Origin: Azolla caroliniana
Lineage: Eukaryota; Plantae; Polypodiophyta
DNA length: 64,000 nucleotides
Assembly: GCA_043228905.1 (NCBI GenBank)
Contig: JBHGNT010000012.1
Location: 7,626,001 to 7,690,000, forward strand
Reading direction: 5' to 3'
Part shown: in pieces, positions 39,330-53,384 of the stretch
Numbering within the stretch: the first letter of the stretch is position 1
Layout: every line of letters begins with the position of its first letter
Notes under the pieces: model-generated
What the model saw: the letters and a program-made list of their open reading frames with translations, nothing else
Databases searched by the model: none
What the model was told of the DNA's origin: nothing
Translations under genes and position numbers: made by a program

Positions 39330-41433
39330 CTGCTGACTGTACAATCAAATGTTGTGTATATTGTACATTTTTTTTCTCACATGCTATGTAACATGTAAAT
39401 ATGAACATCCTCATTGTACAATAAAAGATGGAAAGCCCGAACTTGCCAATAGAAATATTGGATGTGCCTAGTCATCAATTGCTATTTTTGAATGTATCAA
39501 ATCTTGGTATTGAACACAGCCAATTTAAAGACACAATTAATTAATGCTTCTTTGTTTCCGAAACATAGGAGAAGTTGAGTAATTGCACAATTTTGTGTAT
39601 TTTCAAGGAATAAATTGTCATATGAATTATGTGATTACCATCTTTAAAGTTGACTTGAATAATAACATGAGGTCTAAGATTCCCCCTCTGAAATGAACAA
39701 ATGGGTTAAGAGTAACCAAGAATTTTACATTAAGACCATGTGATGCAAGAAGTTGTTAAGATCATAGAGTCCATAGAATTTTATACTTAATGTGAAAGTC
39801 ATTGTTTGCAGGGCAAGTGTTGCCTTCTCTTAAAGTGAAGCCTACATTTGCTCTATGTACACTATTATCTTTCTATTCTCACTTGATCCACTAAAATTGA
39901 AGCAATGTCCAGGAAAGAAATAAAGCTATCTTGAACAAACAGGAATGGAACACTTTCTTTTTTTGTTTGAGCGGTTCGACCCAGATTAACAGCATTGACT
40001 AATGGTAGCACGAAGGCTGTTTCTTGGCCCTGCCATAAAAGTAGTTTTGAGCCAAAGTCAACAAAACATTGTAGTGAGTTGACTTTTGGTCAGTTGTCTC
40101 ATATGAGATTCGGTCAGGAAATTTCTGAATCTGTCAACTGCATTCTCCTAATTTGCTTATCCCACCATGTATGATTTCTTCTTCTTTTTTCGCTATGTGT
40201 AGTACACCTATTGAGGATGCTTTTGAGTGTCCATTTACAGAATATCACACTATCATCTACCTCCCTTTACTTGGAGCTCTTCATGGGGGCATTAAATTAG
40301 AACTCTACTTGAAACTCTCTTTTCGAGAAAAAAGCAAGCCAAAAGATAAGTCCAAAAATGAAACGCCGAATGCAAAATGTTAAATACAAAATTAGAGTAA
40401 GAGATTACTAAGTTGATCAGTGATGTATTCAATTCAAAAGGTCCATAGTGAGCTAAAACCCAAACACTTGGATAATAACATGGAAACTACGGTTTTGGGG
40501 GGTAAACTATGGATTTGGGAACTTCGGGGTCCTTGGGTAAAACGTCTAACAGAACCCAAAGGGTTGAACGGGGATTCCTTGTCAATGTCTAAATTTCTAA
40601 TACTAATGTGCCCGCATGAATAGAAATTGAAAGCAACAAAGCTATATGTAGGTAAACAACAAAAATGAGAATGTCCATCAGATGAAAAACCAAAAAACTT
40701 GGAATATATGTTAGTTCATGTAATATCATATTATATTGTTATCCATATAAGATGCCCCCGATTTTTGTTAGTGGATTCCCAAACTCTTCTTGTGGGCTTC
40801 ATCTTTTTTGCCCACTCCATAACTTGTACTTGCAATTTCCTTTGGTTTCTTCTTTCATTGTTGCATTTACCACTTCCACCCAATGGGTAAGTGCTCCTCT
40901 TTTACTTCTTCAAGTACCTTTGTCTTGTCTGAAGTGCATGTTCATTTATTGATTTTAAAGCATTCTCAAATTGGTTTTCGTTTGCATTTCCTTCATTTTT
41001 GAACAATAGAGAGACTTTTCTAGTGCCATTTGACCTTTCTTTAGAACTACTTTCGTAGTTTGGTTCCTTAAGCAAAAAGGTTTTTGTCAATCAATCGATA
41101 ACTCGCCATATATCGAGTAGAGGGGATTCAATGCTCAGATTATTTAGTTCGTTAATGTTCAAATGGTCATCTTTTCATATGTTTTTAGAGAAAAAAGAGG
41201 ATCATGGATAGTGGTGTTATAGTATAATCATAAGGACCAATACCACATTTAATTTTAAGGGTTTAATGGTAGGATAAGGTAGAAACTAATTCTCGTTAGA
41301 TATGACAAATGAGACCCATAAGGACCTATGTTGGTGGCCTGGGAGCCTTATGTGTTGGGCTATATAAAGGAGACTAGCTACTCCCCTTCCTTACAGCATC
41401 TTGAGACATTGTCAAGTCTCCATTGTTGAGGGA

Positions 41434-41490
<57 letters not shown>

Positions 41491-43305
41491 TCCATTTCCA
41501 TCAATATCGATGGGACACCAATGGTATTTCAAAATAATCTCTTGTCCTTCACTTGAGGGTGGTATGATCAACATCCTTGAACCATTCTGTATTCATTGCT
41601 TATCATTAGTATTTGATTTGTTATAAAGGGGGTATGTACACTCTATACATACTGCTATAACATTTCCTCTCAAGTTTGTGGAACAAATCCTCCTATGCGC
41701 ATTGCTCTCCTAACTTGTTATGTTATTGATATATATGACCTAATTATTTTAAAATTGGATATAATATATATATATATACATATATATATGGAGACATTTG
41801 AGGAGCCACAAAATACAATTTAGCATGATTTAAACCAATTGCTTATAGATATTAACTATGCTAAATGTAACCAAAATCTTGACACTATAAGCATCAAGTG
41901 GAGATAAATGCATCAGAGCCATAAAACTCGTAAATAAAGACTACTGCATTCAAGGTCAAAACAGAATTCTATGAAAACATAATCAACCGATTTCGGACAT
42001 AGGGTGTTGTATGGCTATAAGATATCATTTTATTGGTTTATTTGCATCATATGAACATAGAGATGTTCTGATATAGGCCATAAATGGTTATTTATTCATG
42101 GAAATTGGTTTTTTTACATCATATAAACGTGAGATGTCAAAAGTGGTTATGTACTTGATGTAAGAATGCAAGAGAGTTAATTGATCAATTAGCATTGTTT
42201 GGATTTGCATCCAATTTGGTATACCTGGTTTGATTAGATGAGGGTCTTCTTGGGACAGTACTGCAAGGTATTTTCATTTTATAGATACATTTCATCATTA
42301 CTTCTGAATGGATATCTATCTAACCTACAGCCCCTACAGCCCAAAATAAAATACAAATGCATTCAATACAACTTTCTTTTTAAACCCATAACAAAAGGTA
42401 TGTGCATGGTCATCGTGAGTCTTTATTTAATTAACTCGGATTCTTTAACGATGAAGGATTTGCTCAAGCCTATTAGAATGAGTATGTCTTTCGAAGTATC
42501 TTTTTATTAATGATATCAATGTGGGGAGTCTTCTTCTACTAGAAACATGACCCCTTTCAAAGCGATTCTCAAATTGATCTTCGTAATCAACATAACAAGG
42601 CAAGAGCTCAAACAAATGTTAGCCTAGTGTTAAGTAAGAGGAAGATCCACATTACTCTACTATGGAGAATTTGAAGAAGCATAGCGATTGTAATATGTTG
42701 TAACATAGTGTGACAATCAAATGACCAAAAGTTATTCATAGTACGCAATCACAAAGTCGAATGGCCAAAAATGATTCATGGTAAGCAATTACAATTTGAT
42801 TAGCCCTGTTTCTCTAAGCATATATTCATCTAGTGATATTGTAGGTGTTTATCAAGTACTAGATACCAAAAAGCTCACCACACTTCCTCCTACAGAAGTA
42901 AAACTGCTAATGTGTAATATACTAGTACAAAAGTTGTTTAAAACATTTTACATGTCCCATAGCCTAGAAAGTGTTAATCTACTATAATGTTGTTCAAAAT
43001 GGATGATGCGTAGAACTCTTTGGTCCACAAGGGACCAACCATGTCAATAAGTCTACAAAATACAATAATGGAAGCATGGTACTGTTCCTTAGGGTCCCAT
43101 CATGAGTTAGGTGTGCCTCTAAAGAACAAGTTGGGAATGGAACACTCGTGAGCAACATTTGAAATCACAGAAAAAAACTATGAAGAATCCAAGCTTTTAG
43201 TTTCTTCCATGTGCTCATGACTTTTCTCCTAATGGCTCGGGTGCTCTCAAATTTCAACACACTAGTAAGTGAAGATTAGGACGCAACAGGATTATTTTGC
43301 AATGT

Positions 43306-43470
43306 TTGACACTTCACTTATAATATCAAGCACATATATTTAGTTATTCTGGTTTTATAAAGGCTAATAAAACCAGTAGCAGAATTATTTAAGGATGGTT
43401 GACACTTCACTTATAATATTAAGCACATATATTTAATTATGCTAGTTTTATAAAGGCTAATAGAACCAAT
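43306..43470. repeat. Tandem duplication (~93-bp spacing, 2 copies) downstream of FAD2
   Basis: ttgacacttcacttataatat.aagcacatatattta.ttat.ct.gttttataaaggctaata.aacca occurs twice. Confidence 0.85.
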
Positions 43471-43788
43471 AGAATTTACTAGCAAACACAACATATCAGT
43501 TTCAATAATAGTAGTGTATACTCGTGTCAATACCATAAGAGATCCATAATTTGGAGAAATGACATCTCATTTTGACTCTTATAAAAATATTAAGGAAGTA
43601 CATCAACTGGAACATTCAAAAGATATGACAATAATGTCAAAAAGAGTCTTCACAACTTATAATGACCATATCACAGATTCTTTCAATTCCACATTGAGGC
43701 ATCGAATTGGATTTGGTACACATCATAGAGAAACCTAGACCTTTCCTTAATAATAATAGTAATAATAATATCAATAATGCCCCACTAC

Positions 43789-44928
43789 TTAATCGGAGCT
43801 TAATTTATTCGTATACCAAAAGATGCCCTTTTCTTGAGGCGAATCTGGTTCAACAAAGACACACTCCTTGAACTCTCTCCAAAGTGCTTCTAGAACAGGA
43901 GTGCTATCAAATTGATAATAGCTTCCCAAGATGGGCTTCAAAGCCTTTGTAGCTTCCCCAGCATTATAGTGTGGCATTGTAGAGAAGACATGATGGGCAA
44001 CATGGGTATCGGTTATATGATGAAAAATATGGTTCAAAATTCCGTAGTCTCGGTCAACCGTAGATAATGCTCCTCTAAGCCATTCCCATTCATCGTCTGA
44101 ATAGTGAGGAAGAGCCACGTGTGTGTGTTGTAAGAACGTGATGAGCACCAAAAAGCCATTCGTGATCAAGAGAGGCACTGCATAGGCCTTCAACACTGAC
44201 ATAAGACCATACACTGATACAAATTTGAAAAGGCAAAACCCCACGGCAGCAAGTGCAATGTCACTAATGATGACTTGTAGCTTCTCTCGTTTATTGAAGA
44301 TGGGGCTATCCGGATAGTAATGTGAAGCAAACCTATCATAGGGCCTACCCGACACGTTGAACATTAGGTATAACGGCCACCCAAGTGTCAAAGTGACAAC
44401 AATAGACAGCAATCTTCCGATAGGGTTTCCAAACAATATGGCAGTGAACCCTAACATCTCCTTAGTTTTCGGCACAAAAACCTCATCCCTTGACATGCTT
44501 CCGGTATTGCTATGGTGCCTTCGATGGCTATATTTCCAAGAGAAATATGGCACAAGGAGCCATGAGTGAAGAACCAAGCCAACAATGTCATCTAATAGGG
44601 CATACTCACTAAAGGCATGGTGTCCACACTCGTGCGCAATGACCCAAATTCCAGTTAAAACACATCCTTGTGCAATCCAGTATAGAGACCACAGAATCTG
44701 CCCAAGAATACCTGGTGCATAGGTTATGAAGCTCGATGCATATAAGAGAAGACTCGCCACCACGAGATCGACAAACAAGTAGGAGAAAGATTTCAACATT
44801 GATCGGTGAAAGCAATGTGGTGGCACAGCTCTCTTTAACTGGCCAACCGAGAATGGGGGCCTTGCCGATGGTGCTCTCCATTTCTCTTGACTGCTCTCAA
44901 CTGTCATCATCCTCCCTCCTGCCCCCAT
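43789..44928 (-). CDS. FAD2: Microsomal omega-6 (delta-12) fatty acid desaturase
   Basis: MGAGGRM start; three His boxes HECGHH, HRRHH, HVAHH; intronless CDS of 379 aa; aromatic C-terminal motif FWYTNKL. Confidence 0.97.
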   Translation of the reverse strand: MGAGGRMMTVESSQEKWRAPSARPPFSVGQLKRAVPPHCFHRSMLKSFSYLFVDLVVASLLLYASSFITYAPGILGQILWSLYWIAQGCVLTGIWVIAHECGHHAFSEYALLDDIVGLVLHSWLLVPYFSWKYSHRRHHSNTGSMSRDEVFVPKTKEMLGFTAILFGNPIGRLLSIVVTLTLGWPLYLMFNVSGRPYDRFASHYYPDSPIFNKREKLQVIISDIALAAVGFCLFKFVSVYGLMSVLKAYAVPLLITNGFLVLITFLQHTHVALPHYSDDEWEWLRGALSTVDRDYGILNHIFHHITDTHVAHHVFSTMPHYNAGEATKALKPILGSYYQFDSTPVLEALWREFKECVFVEPDSPQEKGIFWYTNKLSSD

Positions 44929-44945
44929 GTTTGAACCCTTTCTTC

Positions 44946-46835
44946 CTACCATAAACAAAAGAAAGGCTTTATATACCTTATATAAACATAATTTGAGTGA
45001 GCTAATACTTTATTTATATACTTCAGTCTCTTATCATAGAGAATGGACACTATCCATGAATGTAAACATTAGGAAATTGAAACCAACAGAATCACACCGT
45101 TAACTGGTCAAACTAAATCCTAAGAATGCACCTGAAATGAGAAATCATGTTGCTCTCTTTACAGAATGGACTGTAAGCATGCATCTTAACATCATCGAAT
45201 TTTAAACTTTCCTACCAGACAATGTCAGATGTCCTACCACCATATAAAATATAGCATCAAAACATTTTGTTCTCTTATCAATATGGATTCTATAAGTAAA
45301 ATGCCTACATATGACATAATTAGATAGTGATAACGTTCTCTTACACAAATATACCCTGAGAATACATCTATCTAACATAAAAAAAAAACAACTCCCAGAA
45401 AAAATAACATAATTTCAGACACGAGCTTTACGAAAAAGCTACCATATTGTCCTCTTAAAAACATGATCCTTCAACATGTATCTAGCATCGAGGGGAACTA
45501 AAAGCTTTATGTTTGATACAGCCAAACAATTTTGGTTCTCTTAAACATGCATGTAACATGAAGGAAAATCAAAACCTTTAACTTTGAACCCAGGGAAACG
45601 GACAAAATCGTATAAACTAAACAGATCTGCGGCCATGTTGATGCTTCTAATAACAAACAGCCCGTCACAGAGAACGAAAATCAAGCAGCACACATTCCAC
45701 AACAATTCAATAACCATATTCTTCTTTTATCTCGCCATGCATGCAAAATCTTGAAATACGAAGCAGATCGGAGGCAAATATCCTTTTATCAAATCGATAA
45801 GCATGCATGAATATATTTTTATCATAACTATGTACGTAAATCAGACAAGAGGCCCTATATAGTCCATTCAAGCCATGGGAACGAACAGATCTATGAAGTG
45901 GTCAATGAAATTATATCTACTTGAGTATCGATGGAAGTTATTTTGGCAGGACTGAAAAGAAAAAGGTACGTGTATATTAAAAAGAACACCAACACACGAA
46001 GCAACTCAGATTTACACTCAAAAAATCACATATATATGAATAGGTATAGGTGCGAAACAAGATTCCATGTATTTCCACAGAGAAATACAAGGAAGAGGTA
46101 AAAGCCAGAGAGAAAAATGGCACAAATAGAAGACTTTTGAACATAAACCAAAACCATCAAGAAGAAACTCAACAAGAAAGAAGATCGTATGTCAATAAAG
46201 GAAAGCTGATGGTAAAGGAAAGGAATGCTCGATATTCTATGATAGAAACAAGAGGAAGGACCGAAAATAAAAGAAATGCAGAAAATAGAACGTAAATGAG
46301 TATCGTAAGGAAAGAGAAAACAATCGCTCAGGAATGTCTGGATTTACACATCAAAAATTTAAAAAAATGAGGATGAGACAGAAAATAGTGATTACACAGA
46401 GACATGAAAGAAGGAAGGAAGAGAAAAGAGAGAGAATTTCTGTAATGAAAACGAGGAAAAAGCTTCCTTGAAAAAAGGAAATGTTAAATGTATACACATA
46501 TATGAATATATATCGACAGAGAGAGAGAGGGAGAAGATGATCATGTGGAAAAAACACATAACATGCTGAAGATGTTTGGTTATGGAGAGATCAAAGACAT
46601 AAGAAACTATATATAAACGTGTATATACATGAATAGAGAGAGAGAGAGAGGAGAATAACAACAACTACAACTACAACAAATGCATACCTTGCTTAAGATC
46701 TTTGGCTATGGCGAGCTCAAAGCAAGAAGAAAATACATATGCATAGAGAGAGAGAGAGAGAGAGAGGAGGAGGAGGAGGAGGAGGAGGAGGAATAACTTT
46801 GTGTGGCTACAAATAATAAGTAAGGGAAGACATAC
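44946..46835 (-). other. Probable large 5'-UTR intron of FAD2
   Basis: Acceptor GGTAG| at 44946-44947, just upstream of the ATG. Candidate donors AAG|GTATG at 46687 and 46835. CT-rich leader. A 5'-UTR intron is a known feature of angiosperm FAD2. Confidence 0.65.
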
Positions 46836-49800
46836 CTTGGGGTGGGGGGGTAGCTCTATGGCTATGGCGAGCTCTCTCTGTCTGTCTGTCTGGAGAGAGA
46901 GGAGAAGAGAAGAGAAAGAAAGGTTTTAGGAGGAGGAGTTGGGCAGTGTGAAACCGGACAAAAAAAAATACCACACACACAAAGAAACAAAGACCATACA
47001 AAATCACACTAAAAAATATAAAGGAAAAAAGGACTCTCTCTCCTTCACACAAACTCCAACTACATACATAAATATCTCTCTCTCTCTCTCTCTCTCTCTC
47101 GGTCTCTCTAAATACATATATTCATATCTATGTATATCAATCTATCTCTCCTATGGTATAGGATACATCATACATGTATCAATCTATACATATCTATCTA
47201 TATCTATCTGGCTCTCAATCTATCAATCTATGCTATGGTATATGGCTCTCAATCTATCAATCTATGCTATGGTATCCTATATGTGTATATATATATATAT
47301 ATATCATCACACACTCCCATTATTGCCACCACCCACACCATTGATCTGAGAGTCCATGATTCCGTTGGAGAAGCAAGCCCCTTTGTACCTGTCCTGCCCA
47401 TTCTCACTCGTCTCTTCTTGACCTTCCCATGAGCCGTTGTTCGAACTTTCCTTCCTCTTTACTCCAATGGATATGGCATTCGGACATTGGCGTGCTTTGT
47501 GCTCATGACGAGCATGCAATGTGAACCATTTCATCGGCCAATGCTTGAGTGATATGGTGAGACAAAGATATAAGACGAAATGGAGTTGTTTGTAATTCAT
47601 CCATGAAACTGCTAAAACATTACATGCCATGACCCACCTTCAACAATGTTATCAAGGTATGCACATATGTGGAATCCATGTTAGCTCTTCAACCATGTTT
47701 GACAAATGTGTACGAGTCATTTATTTATAAATGGTATAAGATGCAACATGCGTCTAGGAGATATATAGCATGTATCCTTTGAGACCCCTCATGTTTTTAG
47801 AGTCTACTTTGAAAATCCTTAGAAGTATGATGTTCATGTGTCATTTTTAATCTTCCAAATTTGTCCCTCTTATTCTTACCCCTCTTTGTTAATGACAACC
47901 ATGTCACATATATTACCTCATTGATTAGCACTAAAGTACCCCTCTTATAATTGTTAGCCTCTCTTATTGGTTCTAAAGTTAATTCATCCCTGTGGCCATA
48001 AAGAAGACAGGTGTTCCATTATTATGTCATTTTAATTGTACTTTTTTGGTTTGCCATGGCAACTTGGTCCAAGATATTTGTTGGAGTTCTTGAAATTATC
48101 AAGCACTCACTTGAATGATTATAATGTTAAATAATTTGCTATTCAAACCAATGTTCAACCTATTTATATTTTACAACAGGCGCCCCCAAAAAATATGAAT
48201 TGCATTGCGTGGTTGCATAACTTTTGCAAGGAAAATTGTCCAATACGATCAAAGCTAACATTTTAAGAGCCAAGCACGTCCCTTGAGTGAATCAAGGAAT
48301 AAGAGTCGCATTGTGCTTTGCTCCAAATGTCGTATTTCGCGTATAAGCAATAGGAAAACATATTGTAGAAGTGGGTCCTTAATTAATTGACTATGTTTAG
48401 ACTATATGACACGGAGTTGAGTATGCATGTTTTATTTGTGAACTTTCGTCTACAATATGTTTGTATTAAAATCATTTTTAGCATGCCACTTTTGTATTGA
48501 ACAATGTGCACTTTGATTATAGAAATTTAAGGGTACACCATTGATTCCAAGTGGGACAAGCACCATCTTCATGCCCGCCATGTCAAGACACTTTCTTTAT
48601 ACAAAACAAACATTTCCACCATTATGCTTTCCATGTAAAACTTTTTATGGTGACATGGAAATAGGGTTATTAACCTAATTTCATTAGTAATATGACTAAG
48701 ATTGTGTGTAACCATTGTTTTATTTCCACAAATAAATGTTATGTTATTTCTAGTTTTTGCACAATGGGTCTATAACTTGCAATACCAATTGTTGTTATAT
48801 TGTTACATTGTCGCGATGTTGAAACATACAAGATTTTGAATTGCATGTTGCCAGCATTCCAATTAGAGGAGGAGGAAGAAGAAAAACATATATAAATTTT
48901 TGAAGATTCTCGAATCTATTCGTTATATTTTGTAGAAAAGTTGGAGAGTAATTGTCGTATTACAATACAATAAATTTTAAGCAGTTTCTAGCCTTTGCAA
49001 GAGAGGTGTGTTCAAGTTCATCGGTACTCGAGTCTAAATTGCAATTCACATCATTAAACAATTCACATACATATATGACAATAGAGAGAAGAGGGTAAAT
49101 AGATTTGAATGCATGCCAACAAACAATGATGCTTTGATTAGTTGCATTCTAACATTGAATATTGTTGCATATTCTCTTGGACAAAGTGACCGAACAATAA
49201 AAATGATCATAAATATGACTAAATCTCCCATATTTACGCCAAGTGCTCGGATAGTAAGGCATTTTAAACCCATGGGATTTACTTTTATGAATCCTTGCAT
49301 ATCTTGTAAGAACGTAACATGCTAGTATAACGAATGAGACATTCCTAATGCCGCGTGATATTAATATCAAACACAACATAAAAGTTGTGAATAGAACGCT
49401 GGATCAAAATATATTCTGAGGGACGTCATAAATCTATTGCATTGGTTGGTCGAGTGTTTGTTGAACAACCGTCCATTTTGATGTTTATGGAAGAAGTATA
49501 ATAAAAAAGGCATTGCTCCGTTATTAAAAACCATTATTATCATGTAGCGATAAGTACATGTTGTACATTTCGCGTTCCGTGACTTTGTGAACTACATCGA
49601 CAATGACAATTGTACCAAGGGGACAAAGTCTAGATGTAAGGAAAATGGGGGAGGGGGCCCAATAAGCAAAAAAGAGAGGCAATGACCATATGGACATTGT
49701 CACATGAGGGGGCCCAAAGGATATAAATGGATTATAAAGGTTGGAATAGTTAAGTTATAGTATAAGTTATAACAATATGAATCATATTATATAATTCGTG

Positions 49801-49870
49801 GGGAACTATCCTTTACTACTTTCTAAGTCCTAATGGCTACTACCCAAAGACACTTTGTACAGTAAAATAG

Positions 49871-49985
49871 AACTTATGGAATAAATTAGTAAATAATTAA
49901 AAGTTACGGAAATAAATTAGTAAATAATTAAAACTTATGGAATAAATACATAAATAATTAAAACTTATGGAATAAATAAAATAAC
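49871..49985. repeat. AT-rich ~30-bp tandem repeat (3-4 copies)
   Basis: aacttatggaataaattagtaaataattaa repeated. Confidence 0.8.
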
Positions 49986-50230
49986 AATATTGAATATAAA
50001 TAGAAATAAAAAAGCAAAAAAGCAAAAAAAAGAAAAGAGTTGCCACCCCTTCCCCCACCCCGCGATGGTTACTTCCGCTACCAGAAACATGAAAATAAGA
50101 TATGAAGTGATTAATCGATCAATTAATCATGTTTAGGGCGCCATTAATTCCTGGTTGCACATTCCTAATCCGTGTTTAACGATCATGGAGACACAGCCCA
50201 CAAATTAACAAAGTTAAGCAGAGTCAAAAT

Positions 50231-50429
50231 ATGTCGTCGGATGTGTTGTTTCTGAGGAGGAGGAGGAAGATTCAGGAGAAGAAGAAGAAAGGAAGCAGCA
50301 TCCATGGCGATTGCAGGCACAAAAGCGTATCATCACCATCACCATCACCATCACCATCACCATCACCATCACCATCACCATCACCATCACCATCACCATC
50401 ACCATCACCATCACCATCACCATCACCAT

Positions 50430-50492
<63 letters not shown>

Positions 50493-51949
50493 CATCTCCA
50501 TCACCATATCCACCAGCATCATTCTTAAAGCAGAAGGATAAAATGACGATGATCATGACGAAGAAGAAGATGAACATGAACATGAACATGGAATGGTGTG
50601 CAGGCCCCTGGAATCATGTGAAGCTCTACCCGGATCATAACCACTACGCATCTTTATACGGAAGCCATGGATCGGTCAATAGATCTGCACGGACTCATGC
50701 CAATCCTCCTCCGAATCATGATGTGGCCAAGCCGAAGCATAATGGCAGGCGGCGTTCTCGATCGTCATGTAAATCCAATTGTGGTCGGTTGTTCAGATGC
50801 CTAGGGAATGTCTGCAACAAGAAGGATGACAGGAATGCCCCATTCTGTAGCATCATGTTGAATGGATGCTCCTTCGGCTCCAGCGACAATCTTGTATTTT
50901 GTACTTCTGATTCTCGACACCCTCATGTGGATGTGAGCCATGGCCAACGCAGCCGCCATGGCGAATCACACAGAAATGTATGCCTACTGTCGGAGCATCT
51001 ACGATCACCATGTGCTGCCGCTACCACCACCGATACAGGATCCAAAGATCATGAACCAGTAGAGCTAATAGTGAGGGAAGAAGCTAATGGAAGCTGGAAT
51101 GCAGAATCCAAAGATCCATGGCGGGCCAGTGATCTGCCAGTGGAGCCCTTGGATTCAATGCCATCTCATGATACTCCTGGGATCGTCGTCATCGAGCCCT
51201 ACAATTCGGAGCCGATCGCGGAGCCATGGACCGCATCTGCGGAACCCTACTGTACTGTGATGGAGCCGGCGGAGCCCTATTCCTCGATGCCACATGTGGC
51301 CGGCCCATCGGCCCATGCCCGGGCGGTGGCCGAGCCTCCCGTGGAGCCGGACCATGCCGTCCGCCCAGCATCTCCATGTCCCCGACGAGGATCCCACGCG
51401 GATACAATAATAAGAAGAACCAAGGAATCACGAGCTCGCATCACGACAACGACGGGCTGCGGTCGTGGTAAGAAGTATAGTAGTAGTGCCCATCGGGATG
51501 GCCATTACAAGGCGGCCACCGCGTGCATGTTATGTCCGGCCGGCACGAGTAGTAAGCCGGACACCGGGGAGAGGCTAACGGCCATCCCCGTCTTGGCATT
51601 GTCACGGCGTGGCGAATGGCCGACCCCCCTGCATTTGTCCGCTCGGCGATGCTATGCCCGCCTTAACAAGCATTCGAATGGGGGATGGTCCAAGAGGTTC
51701 CAATCCTTACTCCTTAACAACAATGCTGGTAATCCTTACATGTCATGTTGTGAGGACACACATAACATGGATCATCATCATCATCATATTTCAACAACTA
51801 GAAATGGAGACGAATTAATGTGTGATGGAAATGATGGAGATATAACTAGTTCAACTAGAAGTGATACATTATTTAAACCCCAACTTCACTCCACTTCTCT
51901 CCTCCTCCAAGAGTTGCATCTTGGACGTCAAAGGCTAATGTCAATATAG
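50231..51949 (+). CDS. Hypothetical orphan protein (572 aa, or ~470 aa from ATG ~50543); low-complexity, microsatellite-derived N-terminus
   Basis: 1.7-kb open frame in a GC-richer island within AT-rich DNA; no family recognised. Confidence 0.45.
50329..50510. repeat. (CATCAC)n(CAT)n compound microsatellite
   Basis: Directly visible. Confidence 0.95.
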
Positions 51950-52799
51950 TTATCATGACCTAGTAGTGTGTATATTGGCGCGAAATTAAACCATACTTTC
52001 AAATGTTTCTCTGTTGGGCACAAGTATTCATAAACAAATTTAATCGCCCTTACATATGTTGATCGACGATATGTGGAAATCGATTGGCAATTCATAGGTA
52101 TAAATGAGTCAAAGCTTTGGTGCTTTAACTTGCTATAGAAATGATTATATAGACATAAAACACCACTTAAAATGCTTGGCAAACTATGTTGTCCAATAAG
52201 GGTTCAATATACATTTTGGTAAATACCCTTCTATTACCAACATATAATTATTCTTGTTAAGGTATTTACAAGCGATATTGGTATTGTTTTCCAACATTTA
52301 ATGGCACGGAAAGTTCTTTTTAAAGTCATGGTGTTAGGAGTGAGTGTGCTCTTAAGCGTACATGGTCTTACAAATTAATATGAAGTAGATTTTCAAGAGA
52401 GGTTGTGCCATCAAAACGATCATGTATTATTGACTCCATTACCATAGCTTGAGATATGAATTAAAGCACACCAAATTCAATTATTATTGATTTCATTTGT
52501 AATAATGCATATAAATTCGCGTGGAATATTTGGAATCATATTATTCCAAATCATGCTTCTTGTTTGAGTCTAAGGGTTCTTGTAAAGATTATAATTAGTT
52601 CAATTGGCATAACAATTTGCTATCTTGGAATAATCTAAGATATATGTCCCTAATGGTCGTTCTCGATTATGAATCTTACAACACTACCATGACTTGCTAA
52701 TGACTGGACATTTTAGAGTCTGCGAGAGTTTGGACTTAATTTCTCTAAGCTACTAGTGACTTGACTGTAGCTTCATAACTTTGTCGAGGACTATATTCA

Positions 52800-52895
52800 T
52801 AGTTGTGATGCATCTTGTCAGTCAAAGTGTCCTAACCAACAACAATATGGATCACTCCAACCCTTACTAGTTCCCTATGTTCCATGGCAGTCATC
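52800..52895 (+). mobile_element. Small Gypsy integrase fragment
   Basis: CQSK...QQYGSLQPLLVPYVPWQS resembles the junction between the integrase Zn-finger and core. Confidence 0.5.
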
Positions 52896-53384
52896 TAAAC
52901 ACACCAATATTCAAACATTGGAGCAATACCTTTTTGTTTTATCAAATACCACCAATAGGATGGTTTGGTTGACTTTTTACATTTTGCAATTTTGCTTACA
53001 ACAATTCCATTCATTCTTCTACTAGATATATTCCATGTTTTGCCAGCACAGGATGTCATCCCTGTTAGACAATACTTGAACATCTAGAAATCTCAAAAAA
53101 CCGTGATGTAGAAACTCGTGTACTTCACCTCCAATAAGTTCGAACTATTCTTTTTCACCATTTAGATGATTGTAAAGCCACACATAAGAAATTTTCATAT
53201 TGTAATTGTCTCAACTCATCAACAAAAAAACCTAAGTTTTGAGTGGGAGATCATGTGTGGCTCTTATGAAGTAACATAAAAACCACTTGAACTTGCATCC
53301 CATTGGATTATCAACATTTTGATCCATACATTATCATTAACCATATCAATGGCATTGCATTTTGTCTGAATCTCCCTCCTGATA

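Noticed and set aside
41210-41600. Possible solo LTR (TG start, TATA, CT repeat, tggtat-like sequence)
   Set aside because: No second copy, TSD or clear boundaries in the window.
6983-44928. CAC3 and FAD2 as a lipid-metabolism gene cluster
   Set aside because: Only two genes, in different compartments, separated by an unrelated nuclease and TEs; chance proximity is sufficient.
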